Shown here in pieces: positions 50,650-64,000 of a stretch of 64,000 bases of DNA (positions are counted from its first letter, which is position 1; every line of letters starts with the position of its first letter). The stretch comes from Camelus ferus (taxonomy: Eukaryota), in NCBI RefSeq assembly GCF_009834535.1, contig NC_045697.1:37512001-37576000 (forward strand). The letters are read 5' to 3'. Under the pieces are notes generated by a model. It had not been told where the DNA came from. It ran no database searches and saw nothing but the letters and a program-made list of their open reading frames with translations. A program made the position numbers and the translations under genes.

Positions 50650-51550
50650 TCATCCATTAGCAGTTGTTAAGTGTTTACTGAATGCTTAATATGAGGATGA
50701 GTTTTCTGTGGTGAACAAGACAGGTATTGGTTCCTATAGTATATTGAGAGGAGAACTGGACACCATAAATTAGTGCTCTGGGTAGTAAGCGATAAAGCCC
50801 ACGAGAGATGTGGATACAAACTGTCACAGCAATTCGGAGTGGAGTCGTTTCCAGCTGGAGGATCAGGGGAGCTTTCATAGAAGAGTAGCACTGCAGCTGG
50901 GCCAAGAAGGGCAGATAAAACTTAGACGTGGAGACACGGTGGAAGACACTGTAGGAAGAGAAAATGGTACCAGTAGGGTGAGTCTAAGGTGTTGGATGGG
51001 GAAGTCCAGTTCTCTAGGAGGGCTGAAGCATGGAAACATGGTAGGAAGTTATGGGAAAAGGCAGCTGCATTTGAATCCTGGAAGTCTCTGAGTCAGGCTA
51101 AAGAGGGCGGGCTCTATCCTGCGGTGTGGGGTTTTAATGGAAGAGTATTAAGCTTAAGGGAGAGAAGAAAAGGCACAATATGGCCACCAGATCATAGGTG
51201 GGAAAGCCAGCTAGAGGGAAGCTAGATAAGGGACCCTGGCTATATAACCCAGAGCTGAGATGTTAAGTGCCTGAATCCCTGTGCCAACAGAGTAACAGAG
51301 AGGAGGGGCTGATTAAACAATTCAAAGGAGCAAATGAGTCAAAAGGACCTGATTTTAATCCCTGCTTCACTATTTCACTGATGTATAAATTTGGGTAAAC
51401 TGATTAATCTCTCTAAGTGTTAGTTTGTCCATCTGTAAAATGGGGCTAACATAGGGCAGTGCCAAGGTTATGAATATGAATGAGCATGAAGTCCCTAGTA
51501 CACGGCTCCTAATAGAAACTTGGTAAAAGGCAGCGATCATTATCATTATT
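50650..51550. mobile_element. L2 remnant (minus) followed by MIR (plus, ~51330-51550)
   Basis: 'gtgtttactgaatgctta...gtgaacaagacag'; 'agtttgtccatctgtaaaatgggg'. Confidence 0.65.
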
Positions 51551-53429
51551 ATTCCCATCCCAGGCAGCTTGAACTCAATTTTCTTTGGGTTAAGTCTGAA
51601 TTAGATTCCTTTCAGCCAGAAGAAGAACATAAACTTTTAAGGACACAATCTCCTTCAAATAACTGAAGATCTTTCAAGATTCTTCCCAAACATAGTATAT
51701 AAAAAAACCAAAATAGACATCTGTGTGTGTGTGTGTGCGCGTGTGTGTGTGCACATCAGTGCCTCACACATTCCCAGCATTAACCAAAAAGTGACACCTA
51801 TCTAGAAATTGATGACCATGATCAGTGCTTGAGCTGAACTGATGGTCATCCTCTATCATAAAGTCTAAGCACAATTCAAGGTCATGAGACACACCAATGA
51901 TGGCTTCTGACTAGAAGAGATGTTTTTCCATGAGGGCATTTTTATTTATTTATTTAACATCAGACACCACTCTGTCTGACTCAAAATGTGGTTAGTGTCT
52001 GTAACAAAATCCATGTAAATAGATCTCCCATGAGCCATTGCAAAGATCCCCAGTACCTTCATGCATAATGGAAGCTTATGTAAGTGTGTGTTGCCTCAGG
52101 CGGGCGCCTTCTCAGAGCTCCTGGGAGTTTCTCTTGTGATTTTTGTGTTCTCTCCTCAGATGTTTGGGTTCTCTGAGCTGTCATCCCACAGATATGATTT
52201 CAATCCTAGATTGAAAAGCCAGTCCAAAAAAAAAAAAAAAGCAGAAAGATAACATTTATTTTTGCGTTCAGAATTAATTTGTCTGACATGAAACTCACAA
52301 AATTGTTGTCAGGATAATAGAGTTAATTTCGCCAAATAATGAAGAGTTGGCTGTGCTTTAAAAGGTATCTTGTGAAAATGAAAACTTAAGTCAAAGGGGT
52401 TATTTACACAAATTTGATTCTGTTTACATGAGTTTATTATCTTATATTTAAAACTTACTATACATGTTTATAACAATTAAACAGATTCAACTTAATTTTA
52501 GTTTAGTTTAAATTTGGGTTGAGTTTGATATGTTATGTGGAGGCTATTTATCTGGTAACCTTATCAAACTAGACTATAGAGAGCAAACATCTGTCATGAC
52601 TGTACTCTCAGTTCTAGCCAGCTTGGATATCTGGATTCCCATGTGAGAGATCAGAAGTAAGAGTGAAGCTAGAGGTAGATGCATTGACAATTATAAGCAA
52701 TGATGACTTGACAACCTGCCAGAGAATGAAATAATACAAAATACCTAAAGAACTTGCATAAAAACACAAAACCAGTAGTTTGGAGCCATTAAATGTGGAG
52801 GCAAATCAACAGCTACTGACCCCTCACTCATAGAAACATTTCAAGTAGTCATCACACATACATTGTGGAGCCATCGTACATTTAAAAATGCTTTCCAGCC
52901 AAAATGTTTTAAATTGATTTCCACTGCTTACAGGGATAATCTTCAGGCATTTAAAATCCAAACTTATGTGTACAGAACTTATTCTTCAATGTCAATGGAT
53001 AAAAGAGATGTTAGTATATATTTATAAAAATGGCAGCATCTATCAGCTCAATTAGTCTAAAAAATAAAAACATATTATGAGATTTATTAAAGAGTCTTTC
53101 CTTTTAGGTCAATTTCCAATGTAGGTCCACACACTGGATTTCAAAAATGACTCTGTGAGTCTGTTTCTTGGTAAATTGCTTGCAAAAGATGCTTTTTAGA
53201 AAAAAAAAGTGTCCAAGAGAGTTTATTGAGGCTTATTCACAATGCATTTCAGGTTTATTAAAGTCTCTGAAAACTTCCACAGTAAAGTAACATTCTAATT
53301 TTTTAGACCCCATATTTTGTAAAGTTATTAGACAAATGAATACTTTTAATGCAAGAAAAAATTTCCTATTTTACAGTATTTATCGTCTATCAATTGCTCT
53401 TTTGGAAATACTAGTGTCTGGCAATCATA

Positions 53430-53580
53430 CCTATATCAGTCAGGGATCCAGTAGGAAAGAGATGATGCACTCTAAATGGTTTAACTAAAAGGAATTTAAT
53501 AAAGGGATTGTTCTGAGAGATGTGGTCCAAGAATCCAGGTGTTAGAAATTATGGGGAGCTGTCATCATCCCAGGGGAGGG
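53430..53580. mobile_element. ERVL-type LTR fragment
   Basis: 'tatcagtcagggatccagtaggaaagagatg...gaatttaataaagggatt'. Confidence 0.5.
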
Positions 53581-56197
53581 TCACTAAAATTATGTCTTTC
53601 TGTGTTTTGTGGTTTCAGATGAAGAACCCTGGTTGATAAGGGCCACAAGACCTACTCTGAACACAACCTCATAAAACCAACACCAAGCCTCAGAAAATCA
53701 GTGTCAGGCAAAATTTGAAGATTGTGTCTCACTTGGTTAACTAACACCTTAGGCTTTTCACATATCTTTCCTAACAAGTCATAAAGCTGACCCTTTACAA
53801 GTTCAAGTTGTTTATTTAGTAAATGAGCTGTCTACTTGAAAATAATAATGGTCTTGAAAGGAAGATAACAGAATCCGGATTCTTTACAATGTCTCATCCA
53901 CAATATCCAGTATAATTTAAAAAATGATATGCAAAGAGACAGAAAAATACCACCCAGAGTCAAGAATAAAAGGAGTTAATAGAAGCTAACACTAAGATGT
54001 ACCACTAAGACGGATGGAGAAGAAAAAGACAAAAAAAAATTTTGTAGATACTTTTAAAGAATAATAGGAAAAAAATTGATCCTAATGAGAGAACAATTAG
54101 AGAATCTAATTTGCACTCCTGTTGTAGTTTGTTCATTATGAGTTTATGGCATTTGCCATGTTTATTTTATCACTTGTTTAAAATGTATGTCCCATTAATA
54201 CTGGAGGCACATTAAGAAGAAAGACTAATTCCGTTAGTTCTATTCTATTCCTTAAAATTAAACCTGGCGCATGGTTTTATGAAAGAAATGTTGACATAAG
54301 CACCAAAAAGGCAATGTATCTATCTTGGTCTTGGAAAATGAGGAAGCAGGACAAAAACAAAGACGTGAGAGAGAAGGTAAAACAACATTTGGGATTAGTG
54401 AGATGTCCGTAAGTTGAACAAGGAAAGGGATAGCCTTCAGGTGGAAGAAACAGCACATGGAAAGGCAAAGTTGGGGCAAGTATATGACATTCTGGGAAAT
54501 GCAAAGCATTGAGAGGGGCTGGTACAGAGAAAGGATCTACCAGTGTGCAGATACCTGGAGCCCAATTTTGAGAAGACTGGAAGGAAATAAAGACCACCAA
54601 ATAGCAATGTGGAGCAGCTGAGTTTATAGCTTCCCTGGCAAAGTAGACTTTTACTCAAGTGTGAGTTCAGGCCAGTCACCCAACTGGAAAGGCTAAAGGT
54701 AGGGTAAAAAGAAGGAAGTACACCAGATAAAGCACAAATCTGAGCTTGTCTCTGGTTGACACCAAGGTGAACTGTCCAAGGTGAATTCATTACAACTGAT
54801 TCATTGCCTTTAAGATTCAGGTTGTTGATGCTGGAAAGATAGGTTTTAAATGATCTAAGATGAGTTAGATGAGATACAGGGGGGCATAGTGTCATTCCAT
54901 AGATACCCTTGCTCAGGTTTGCAGGATTGTTTTAAATAAGAGAAAGCAGGGAGAAGCTCCTTCGGGACTCTTTTCGGCACGCTGAGGAATTTCAACTCTT
55001 TTTCACTTGGTTTATTCACCAGCCTCCTAACTGGTCTCTCTTGCCCTAGTCTTGCACTCCTGCAATCCATTCTCCATAGCTTGTAAACCACAACTCGACT
55101 ATGTCCATTCAACAGATATTTTTTGAAGACCTACTAAATGCTGGGCACTCTTTGACTCTGCCGAAAATTTTTTGGTGGGTTCTTGTTATTGGTAAAGTCC
55201 AATGTCATTGGAACCTCCAAGGCTACTTCAGATCCGATACAATTCTCCTATCGTGTGCTGTCTTCACCCTGATTAAGCCATCCACCTGAAAGCTAGTGGT
55301 GCTTTGAAGTTCAGTTATCAATATGAGCTCCATCACTTGTATGGTCATGTGACTTTGGACATGTTTCTTAACCCCTCAGAGTCACAGTTCCCTTACATGC
55401 AGTAAGAAGTAATAATAGGATCTATCTCCTAGTGTTGACTTGAAGATTAAAACTAATCTTGTTCATAAATTACTTAGACATATGAGAAGAGTTCATTTTA
55501 TGGTAGCTTTTATTATCATTGTACCATGTGGGGCTCCATGAAGGACAGAGACATGCAAGTGCCTGCCTGTCCCCAGCTTTTCCCCAGTACAGCTGAATAA
55601 CTGGATGCCACTTCAAAACAAATACTCTTTAAATATTTGTTCAACATTCATTTAGAGGAGAGTTGAGCTCTGCATATTCTCAGAAGGATGTCTGCTTCCC
55701 CCATCCCGTATATATCTGCCTCATCAAAGAAAAAACTCAGCGGCTGATCAGACCCACTCTCCTTAGAAGGCAGCTTATCATTCCTCTATCATTGAACTTC
55801 TCCCTGGGAATAACTCATTGCCATCCCAGTCAACCCAATCATCCTAGGTCCCAGGGCTATATGAGTTCCTTGGCAAGGGACAGATACAGAGGAATTTACC
55901 ATCAGCCTAGAGCCAAGTCAGCATTAATGTCCCATCAAGGGAAGCAGAGGGGAAGGGTTCCTTTTAATCCTTTTCATAGAGCAGATATCCAATTACAACT
56001 TTCTTTTGCCATATGTGGAATGTAAAAGGACAAATTCTTCCTGATTTTTAAGGAAATGCATAAAGCAAACAAGTATGTGTAGTAATGTATTTTCAGAACT
56101 TAAATGTTCTCCCTTACTGCAGATATGCAGCTAATGTTTTGGAAAGTCTAGCTTTACCTTGCCTAAGAACAACAGACAGTAGTAATAGCATATTTAA

Positions 56198-56541
56198 AAT
56201 TTTTTTTATTAAAGTGTAGTCAGTTTACAATGTTGAATCAATTTCTGGTATACAGCATAATATTTCAGCCATACATATACATACATACATTCGTTTTCAT
56301 ATTCTTTTTCATTATAGGTTACTACAAGATATTGAATACAGTTCCCTGTGATGTACAGTATAAACTCATTTATCTGGGTTTCTGAGGATTTTCCGTGTAG
56401 TTTCGATACTAAGAGATATTCTACCAAAGTTCAGTAGGTATTTTGTGTTACTTGTTCTGCACATAGACACAGTTTTTATTGTATTCCTGGGAGAGGGTGA
56501 GCACTGTGTCCTTCTACACCTCGATCGTAGCAGTCCTCCCC
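56198..56541 (-). mobile_element. Internally deleted L1: 5' UTR start joined to 3' UTR end
   Basis: Minus strand begins GGGGAGG...GTAGAAGGAC...GCTCACCCTCTCCCA (L1 5'-end-like), switches at 56374/56373 to L1 3' UTR and A-tail; degenerate TSD. Confidence 0.7.
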
Positions 56542-56692
56542 ACTAACAGCCTATTAATGGCAGAGTCAGTAGGCTATAACCCCACCTCTGAGAATGTGTC
56601 TGAGGATCTTCTGTAAAAAGATGCCCCGGCTGTTTCACAACCCAGGCCTTTGCTCTACTGAGTCTTCTGTCTATTATATTCTTCCACGTTCT

Positions 56693-57153
56693 ATCTGCAC
56701 TGGGTTCCTAGGGCTACTGGAACAAAATACCACAAGCTCACATGGTTTAAAACAATGGAAATTTATTGTCTCACAGTTTGCTGCCTAGAAGTCCAAAATT
56801 GAGGTTCTGGTGGGGCTGGGTCTTTCTGGAGGCTCTGAAGCTCTGAGAATCTGTCCCACGTCTCTCTCCTAATTTCTGGTGGTTGCCAGCAATCCTCAGC
56901 TTTGCTTGATTTGCAAATGTGTCACTTCCACCTCTGCCTCTGTATCACAAGACATTCTCCCTGTGTGTTTCTATGTCCTAATCTCTCTCTTCTTACAAAA
57001 ACACCAGGCATTGGCTTGGGGCCCACCCTCATCCAATATGACTTCACCTTAACTTGATCTTTTCTGCAAAAACTCTGTAAGATCACTCTCACAAGTAGTG
57101 GGACTTAGAGCTGGAACCTGTCTTTTGGGGGGAACACAGGTCAACTCACAACA
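56693..57153 (-). mobile_element. MaLR solo LTR (MLT1C/D-like)
   Basis: 'ctagggctactggaacaaaataccacaa...ggaaatttattgtctcacagtt...ggcccaccctcatccaatatgac'. Confidence 0.85.
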
Positions 57154-57557
57154 ACCTCCATCTGGCAAACACCTACCTATCTTCAAGACTCAGCTTAATT
57201 GTGTCAAAAACTGTGGTCTGAACACAATTATTTTAAATAACTGTCTCTTCATTTCCAAAACTGCTTTTTTCCACTCTTATTCCTACATCTTGACGGCCAA
57301 ATCAGTTATTTCTGTTTCAGTGTTTTCAGTTTAGTAACTTAAGATTTGTATAGGTTTAAGGGCTTTGTAGCTTCTGAATACGTATATTTGCAGTCTATTA
57401 TTCTAAATTGAGCCTTGATAATTCTTATTTTACCTAATGTGACAAGTGATACGTTTTCAATACTGACCAGTAAAAACAGCATCTTTTTTGAAAAATATAT
57501 GAACAAAAACATTTTATAAGTAGCATGTCAGTATACCTTTATTTCTCAATGTACATA

Positions 57558-58333
57558 CCTTTTTTTTTAATTGAAGTGTAGTCAGTTTATAATGTTGTGT
57601 CAATTTCTGGTGTACAGCATAATGTTTCAGTCATACTTGTACATACATATATTCCTTTTCATATTCTTTTTCATTATAGGTTACTACAAGATATTGAATA
57701 TAGCTCCCTGTGCTATACAGTAAAAATTTGTTGTTTATCTATTTTATACATAGTTGTTAGTATCTGCAAATCTCAGACTCCCAGTTTATCCCTTCCCATC
57801 CCCTTCCCCTTGGTAACCATAAGTTTGTTTTCCATGTCTGTGATTCTACTTATGTTTTGTAAATAAGTTCATTTGTGTCATTTTTTAAGATTCCACATAT
57901 AAGTGATATCATATGGTATTTTTCTTCCTCTTTCTGGCTTACTTCACTTAGAATGACAATCTCTAGGTCCATCCATGTTTCTCTAAATGGCATTATTTTA
58001 TTATATTTTTATGGATGAGTAGTATTCCATTGTATATATATCTACATGTGTATGTATGTGTGTGCATGTTTATATATATATAGCTCACATCTTCTTTGTC
58101 CAGTCTTCTGTCAGTGGACATTTAGATTGTTTCCAAGTCTTGGCTATTGTAAACAGTGCTAATCTGAACATTGGGGTGCATGTGTCTTTTCGGATTAAAG
58201 TTTTTTCTGGATATATGCCCAAGAGTGGGATTGCTGGATCATACAGTAAGTCTATTTTTAGTTTTTGAGGAATCTCCACACCGTTTTCCATAATGGCTGT
58301 GCCAAACAATATTCCCGCCAACAGTGTAGGAGG
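57558..58333 (-). mobile_element. 5'-truncated young L1 (ORF2 end + 3' UTR)
   Basis: Translation KLKIDLLYDPAIPLLGIYPEKTLIRKDTCTPMF...LFTIAKTWKQSKCP is L1 ORF2 C-terminus. Confidence 0.93.
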
Positions 58334-58616
58334 CTGTATCTTTAATTTTTATATATTATAACCAAAGACTTAATATCAACTATTAGCCACAGTAGGTAGC
58401 AAATAATATATTGACAAATTATATTTATTGGTCTTTCTAAATGTATTTTATTTTGTAAATAAAATCATAACTGTGTTTCCAAAAGTGAACTTTAAGTGTC
58501 TAATAATTGCATAACAGGTACAATCTGGGATTTTACTATACTTACACATGTTAAGACAGAAAGAATTTAAGCATTAACATTCTGAGATTCTGATTAAATA
58601 ATTAGGCTTGAATTAA

Positions 58617-58820
58617 ATATATATATATGTATATATATATACATATATATATATAGGAAAGGAGGAGATGGAGAGTTATTGTTTAACGTGTGCACAGTTT
58701 CATTCTGGGATGATAAAAAGTTCTGGAGATGGATAGTAGTGACGATTGTAAAACAATGTGAATGTACTTAATGCCACTGAAATATACACTCAAAAATGGT
58801 TAAATAGTAAATTTTGTTTT
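58617..58820 (+). mobile_element. (TA)n followed by old L1 3' end (L1MB-like)
   Basis: 'gttctggagatggatagtagtgacgattgtaaaacaatgtgaatgtacttaatgccactgaa'. Confidence 0.8.
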
Positions 58821-59257
58821 TAAAAAACGTTTCGCTTAAGTACCCTCAGAGGAGATGCTCCTAATCCAATCCTCCCCAATAGAACTGGCTATTCTCTTTG
58901 CGTTCCCTCTGATCCTCTGTTCAATTTTCCGTCACCTGCATCCTGTAACTCTCTTTGTCCCTATCAGAATGTTCAAGCATCAACATTAGGAGCTTCCTTC
59001 TTCCTCTCTCTCCCTCCTTGTCCCACTTCACTCTTCTTAAAAGGTGTCTATATTTGTATTGTGAGCCATTTTGTGATGGTCAAGGTAATGGGTAGAGCAG
59101 CAAGACTGACTAGAGTCTATAGGAGATGGCTAAATTGATTTACATGAGAAATGGAATGAATCACCCCCAAAGGAAGATATTATATCCAAACGTCAAAAGG
59201 AAAATGGGGGGATCCCAACACCCCTTCAGATCCAACACATGCATATATCATTTTAAA

Positions 59258-59429
59258 TATTTTTTAGTTTTTTAATTATTTTATTTGATTTTGGGGAGGT
59301 GAGGTAATTAGGTTTATTTATTTATTATTATTATTACTTATTACTTTTTTAATGAAGGTACTGGGGTTTGAACCCAGGACCTGGTGCATGCTAAGCACAC
59401 ACTATAACTGGAGTTATACATTTCTCCCT
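59258..59429 (-). mobile_element. tRNA-derived camelid-type SINE (Vic-1-like)
   Basis: 'gaggtaattaggtttattta...ggtactggggtttgaacccaggacctggtgcatgctaagcac'; TSD catatatc(a/t)tttt. Confidence 0.9.
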
Positions 59430-59704
59430 CATATATCTTTTTGAATCACCAGTGAATAACACAGTCCCTGGATCTTGGTAGGTATTTATTGAATAAATGA
59501 CTTCAACCTCACAATTTTGGGGAGCTATTGAAAGATTTTAAGGGTGTGAAAGTGGAGACACAAGAAGATTTGTGCTTCAGGAAGATCACTGTGGCAGAAG
59601 TCTGGAATTTGTGGAGATATACTCCAAGGATCTAGAACTCAGATTCCTTGCCTCTTTCACAAATAATGTTTGGTCTCAATGTCAATTATTTCACCTTCCT
59701 GGAG

Positions 59705-60125
59705 TTCTGAATCTTTAATGAGAAAAACATCAGACAAACCCAAATTGAGGGACAGTCAGTCTACAAAATACTTGACCATTACTCCTCAATACTGTCAAAG
59801 TCATAAAAAACAAGGAATGTTTGAGAAAACTGTCAGAGACTAGAGGAAGCTAAGCAGACACAATGACTATAAGTAATGTGTTGTTTGGGGTAGGAACCTG
59901 GAAAAGAAAAAGGACATCGGGGAAAAACTAGTGGAATCTGAATACACAGTGGAGCTTACTTAACAGCAATGCACCAGTGCTGGTTCCTCACTAATGAGAA
60001 ATGCACCATAGTAACGTAAGATGTTAACAACAGGGGAAACAGGATGAAGGGTATACAAGAACCCTCTGTACAATTTTCACCTTTTGTGAATATGAAAGTA
60101 TAAAATTTTAAAGTTTATTTTTAAG
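59705..60125 (+). mobile_element. Old L1 3' UTR (L1MC-like)
   Basis: 'aaacatcagacaaacccaaattgagggaca...ctgtcaaagtcataaaaaacaagg...aagatgttaacaacaggggaaac'. Confidence 0.8.
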
Positions 60126-60544
60126 AAGTTTAAGGAAAAAACCATTTTATTTTACTCTGCATAAATACAATTCCACTTTTCTGTCTTATTAAGTGCTCCA
60201 GACATATCTGACACTTCCTTTAACATTGGAGGATCTTACCTCAAACTCAGGGTCACTATTCTGACTCATAAAGGGCCACTTAATAGGATCTTGCAACTGT
60301 AGTGTGATGCAGAGACCAGTAAAAGTTCAGATGAAATCTAGGAATCTTATCAGTGTTGCATATTATTTGTAACAAATAAGAGTAAGAAGAGTAAATTTAG
60401 AAAAATCATCATTCTATTGTCAGCAACACATTATAAAACAGTGATATTTTTAACACCTCAAAATGGACGGAGTGAAAATAAGAGTAAAGAAAGCCCTTTC
60501 ACTTTTTTAGAGTCTTTAGGATTATCTGCATCCTGCCACATGTC

Positions 60545-60860
60545 ACAACAGGCACGAACCTTGCGGACATTTCGCTAAGTGAAATAAGCCAATCACAGAA
60601 GATCAAATACATGGGATATTTAAATAGTCAGACTCTTAGAAACAGAAAGTAGAATGGTGGTTGCCAGACCTCAAGGGGAGGAGGAAATGGGGAGCTGCTG
60701 TTCAGTGAGTATAAAGTGTCAGTCATGCAAGATGAGTAAGTTCTAGCTTTCTCCCGCACCACACCGTACTGTGCTATGGAGTCAACAATACTGTGCTATG
60801 CACTTAAGGATTTAAGAGGGTAGATCTCATTTTAAGTGTTCTTACCACGATAAAAAAGAT
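60545..60860 (+). mobile_element. Old L1 3' end (L1MA-like)
   Basis: 'gctaagtgaaataagccaatcacagaa...gagggtagatctcattttaagtgttcttaccac'. Confidence 0.82.
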
Positions 60861-61296
60861 AAAAGGACAAAGAAAAGCCCTTTTAATTGAATACTTGTCC
60901 TTATGGAAAACTTCTACATGGTTCTTATTATTCTTAGTTTGATGCAGACTGACCAAAACTGTTTCCTAGATGTAGACCAGCATTTGAGAACTGCTGGGAT
61001 AAAGGATGTGGCTGAATCTGTCCTGGCCCCAGGAAGTCGCAGGAAGGCTCTCTGTTCTATTTAGTTTTACATAAATTACTGATATGGGTTTGTTTCCCAA
61101 TGATTCAGCTCTTTTTCCTTATTTGAAAAAAAAAAAAAAGATTTTTGGGAGCCGATAGATGTGCATTTTCTACTAAAAACATTAAAATCAGAATTTACTG
61201 TTGGCTTTACCATATGCTAGTTGGAAGACCTTGATCAAGCTGCTTAATCGCTTCAGCGTCTCTTTTTCTCCCTCTGCAAAGTGGGGACCATCACGC

Positions 61297-61846
61297 TGTG
61301 GTAGGCAGCCTCGAGGATGGTCCCTGATGGTCCCAATTACCTGGTATTGGTGCCCTCGTGTAATGCGCTCCCCTGGAGTGTGGGCTGGATCCAGTGATTC
61401 ACTTCTAACCAACAGACTATGGTGAAAGTAAGGAGAGGTCACTTCTGAGATTAGGTTACAAAGAGACTATGGCTTTCAACTCAAGAGCTCTCGCTCCCCA
61501 CTTTCTTGCTGAAACACTGGGAGGGAAGCCAGCTGTCCTGTCATGAGCTGCCTTGTAGAGAGGACACCATGGCAATAAACTGAGGGAGACCTCCGCTAGG
61601 TTAGGAACTAAAGCCTGCCAACAGCCCCATGAGTGAGCTGGAAAGCGGATCCTCCCCCGCCTTTAGATGAGACCACAGCCAAGACCAACAGCAGAACTGC
61701 AGCCTCCCCAGATACCCTGACCCAGAGGTACCCAGAGAGGCCACACCCAGAGTCCTGACCCACAGAACATGTGAGAACATGAATATTTGCTGTTTCAATC
61801 TGCTCAGTGTTGGGGTAATTTGCATATGGCAGCAGATACTAATACA
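61297..61846 (+). mobile_element. MaLR solo LTR (MLT1E/F-like) inserted in a MIR
   Basis: TG...CA termini ('tgtggtaggcagcc' ... 'gatactaataca'); MIR halves at ~61180-61295 and ~61850-61980. Confidence 0.88.
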
Positions 61847-62899
61847 AATGTCCTACCTTGCAAAATTGTGAAGAACAATTGCAAAAAAATGTGCTTAATG
61901 AGATTATGTATGCTAATGAGCTAAAACATGTAAAACAGGAAGACAATGCCCTGCTCATAAAAGGCAGCCTACAAATGCTGGTTCCTTCCTCCATTCCCCT
62001 CCCAAATGAGAACAAATCCTACCTGCTCTGTTGTGGAAATGTTTTGAAAGCTGTAACAGTACTATGGAATTGTAATGCATGTAATAACATAAGGTATTAT
62101 TGTAAAAGGAAAGAAAACATTGTTACTTTAAAAGCTGTTTGCAGTTTACACTCGCTGGCCCAGAAGGAAGGCAAAATTCTTCTTAAAAAGAAACTAGTTC
62201 TTTGGTTTGGGAGGAGGGGACCCTAAATAAGTAGGTATGATTATAAGAAAGAAAGGAATTCAATGAAAGTTGGAATTCAAAACAGGAGGTGCCCCTGACA
62301 ATGTGAGACCCCCTGGGAGGCTCTGGCAGTCTTGGAGAAGGTGTGGTTTTTCCACAATACACAAGACAGAGCCGCGTGCAATTTAATGTGTACGTTCAAA
62401 GGAAGCGTGTCTCTAAAGAGCTGGAAGGCCTGGAGGGACACAGGCAGGAAATACACAGATCGCACAATGTATACAGGACTGAACGCTGACCCCAGAATAA
62501 AGCTTGGACTTGAGTCTGGGGGCAGAATGAAGGTATCAGGTAAATTATTATAGGAACACTCAAGGAAAATGCTCTTTCCCAAAGCACAGAGGTTTATCAT
62601 AAGTGATTTCTCACTACCCCTCATTTCATTTATTCATATTAATTCTTAAACAAATTTATTAAACAATCTTGTTAATCTCTTTTTAACTGAAGAGACACAA
62701 AAGAAGTATGTTATTTACTAATCAAGGAACCGAGTCAACAGTAAGCTAAAATACCCCATAACTATGTTGTTTTAATAAACTCTTGTCATTCCTTGGCTAG
62801 TCTCCATTTTTTTCTTTTTCTTTTCTTAGTATGATTTTTTTAAAAAACAGAAAACTAAGAATCCAGAGCAGTTCAGAAAAGAAGACACTTGTAATCCCA

Positions 62900-63470
62900 G
62901 CTTCAGCATTTTGCCCACGGGTGTGTCTGTGTCTCCTTTATTTCAGTGTTTGACAAGCCACAGGACAACATCTAAGCTGCTAGGTGCAGCCTTCAAGGTC
63001 CTTCATGATCTGCCTTCTGACTGTCTCTCCAATCTCACCTCCCACCCAATCCTTACCCTCCTACAATGTCCACCAGTAACACGAAGCTGCCTGAGTTCCA
63101 GAATTCACCCTGCTGTTTCAGACACCTCTGCCTATAATGCACCACCTACCTCATCCTTACGAACCCAGCTCTAAGTCACCTCCACCAGGAAGCATCCTCC
63201 ACCCCCATCATCCCTTCTGTCCTGGCATCTGTTTCCACAACTACATTACCTAAGCGTGTGGGCTGCCTAAACCACCGCTCACCAGCTGTGTTACCATGAA
63301 CCAGTTATTTAACTCTTCTATCCCTCAGATTTCTCATTTGTAAAATGAGGACAATAACAGCACCCATGATGTAGGGTTTTTGTGAGGATTAAATGGGTCC
63401 ATCCTTGTAAGCATTTAGGACAGTACCTGGCACATAGTACATGCTCAATAAATCTTATTTTTATCATGAT
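62900..63470 (+). mobile_element. L2 remnant followed by MIR (~63270-63470)
   Basis: 'ccttcaaggtccttcatgatctg'; 'tttctcatttgtaaaatgaggacaataacagcacc...gtacctggcacatagtacatgctcaataaat'. Confidence 0.78.
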
Positions 63471-64000
63471 TATTAATTTGATTATCTTTCCGTTTGCTTA
63501 TTTGATTCTGAGCTCCTTGGAATTAAGGACCACACAATCCCTAACACACAATAGAAACTGAAGACTATACATTTCCTGCTAATGAAAATCATGTGTGTGT
63601 ATATGTGTGTGTTTTTAAAAATTAGAACCTTCTGTAGCTCTAGATTCCTTAGTGAATTTCTTAACAATGCCCAGATGTTACAAACATGAACTAAATTTGA
63701 TTTTTTTATATTCCATGAGCATCTATTGATAATGATAATAAAATCCTATTTTTGTTTAAAAATAAGCTCCCAAACAGTACACTCACAACCCATGGAGAAG
63801 CAAACAGGGTACTCCTTATATTTTTCTTCATATAAACAAAACACCAAATTTAATTTGCATCTGCATCAAGTTTTTTTTTTTTTTTTTAAGATTTTCATTA
63901 AAGGCAGAATATGGCATTTGGGAAGGATAATTAAATACATCTGAAACCCAGGAGATAAAAAGAGATGAAAAATCTTGTAATAAAAACAGCCTAGTTGAAT

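Noticed and set aside
1..64000. CRISPR arrays, operons or other prokaryotic systems
   Set aside because: The sequence is mammalian repeat-rich DNA with no regularly spaced repeat-spacer array or gene-dense region.

Overview
Mammalian non-coding DNA (intergenic or large intron), probably camelid: it carries tRNA-derived SINEs of the Vic-1 type and young L1 3' ends with target-site duplications. No protein-coding exon, RNA gene or miRNA could be recognised. The ORF track is explained by L1 remnants, microsatellites and chance. Much of the window is interspersed repeats (young and old L1, L2, MIR, MaLR LTRs, hAT MITEs); subfamily names are from memory and all alignments are by eye. The most interesting unexplained signal is an old direct duplication of a ~0.5 kb block (~21.2-21.7 kb and ~34.15-34.65 kb). 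The copies are heavily diverged but share an identical 24-bp CpG-containing core next to a stem-loop. Other points of interest are a probable spliced L1 retrocopy (56.2-56.5 kb), a SINE/antisense-L1-ORF1 chimera (42.0-42.6 kb), an unidentified decayed reading frame with an A-tail (13.1-13.6 kb), a strong RE1/NRSE site beside a candidate exon (36.0-36.3 kb), a 20-bp palindrome with back-to-back TATA motifs (18.9 kb) and a 460-bp TG/CG tract.
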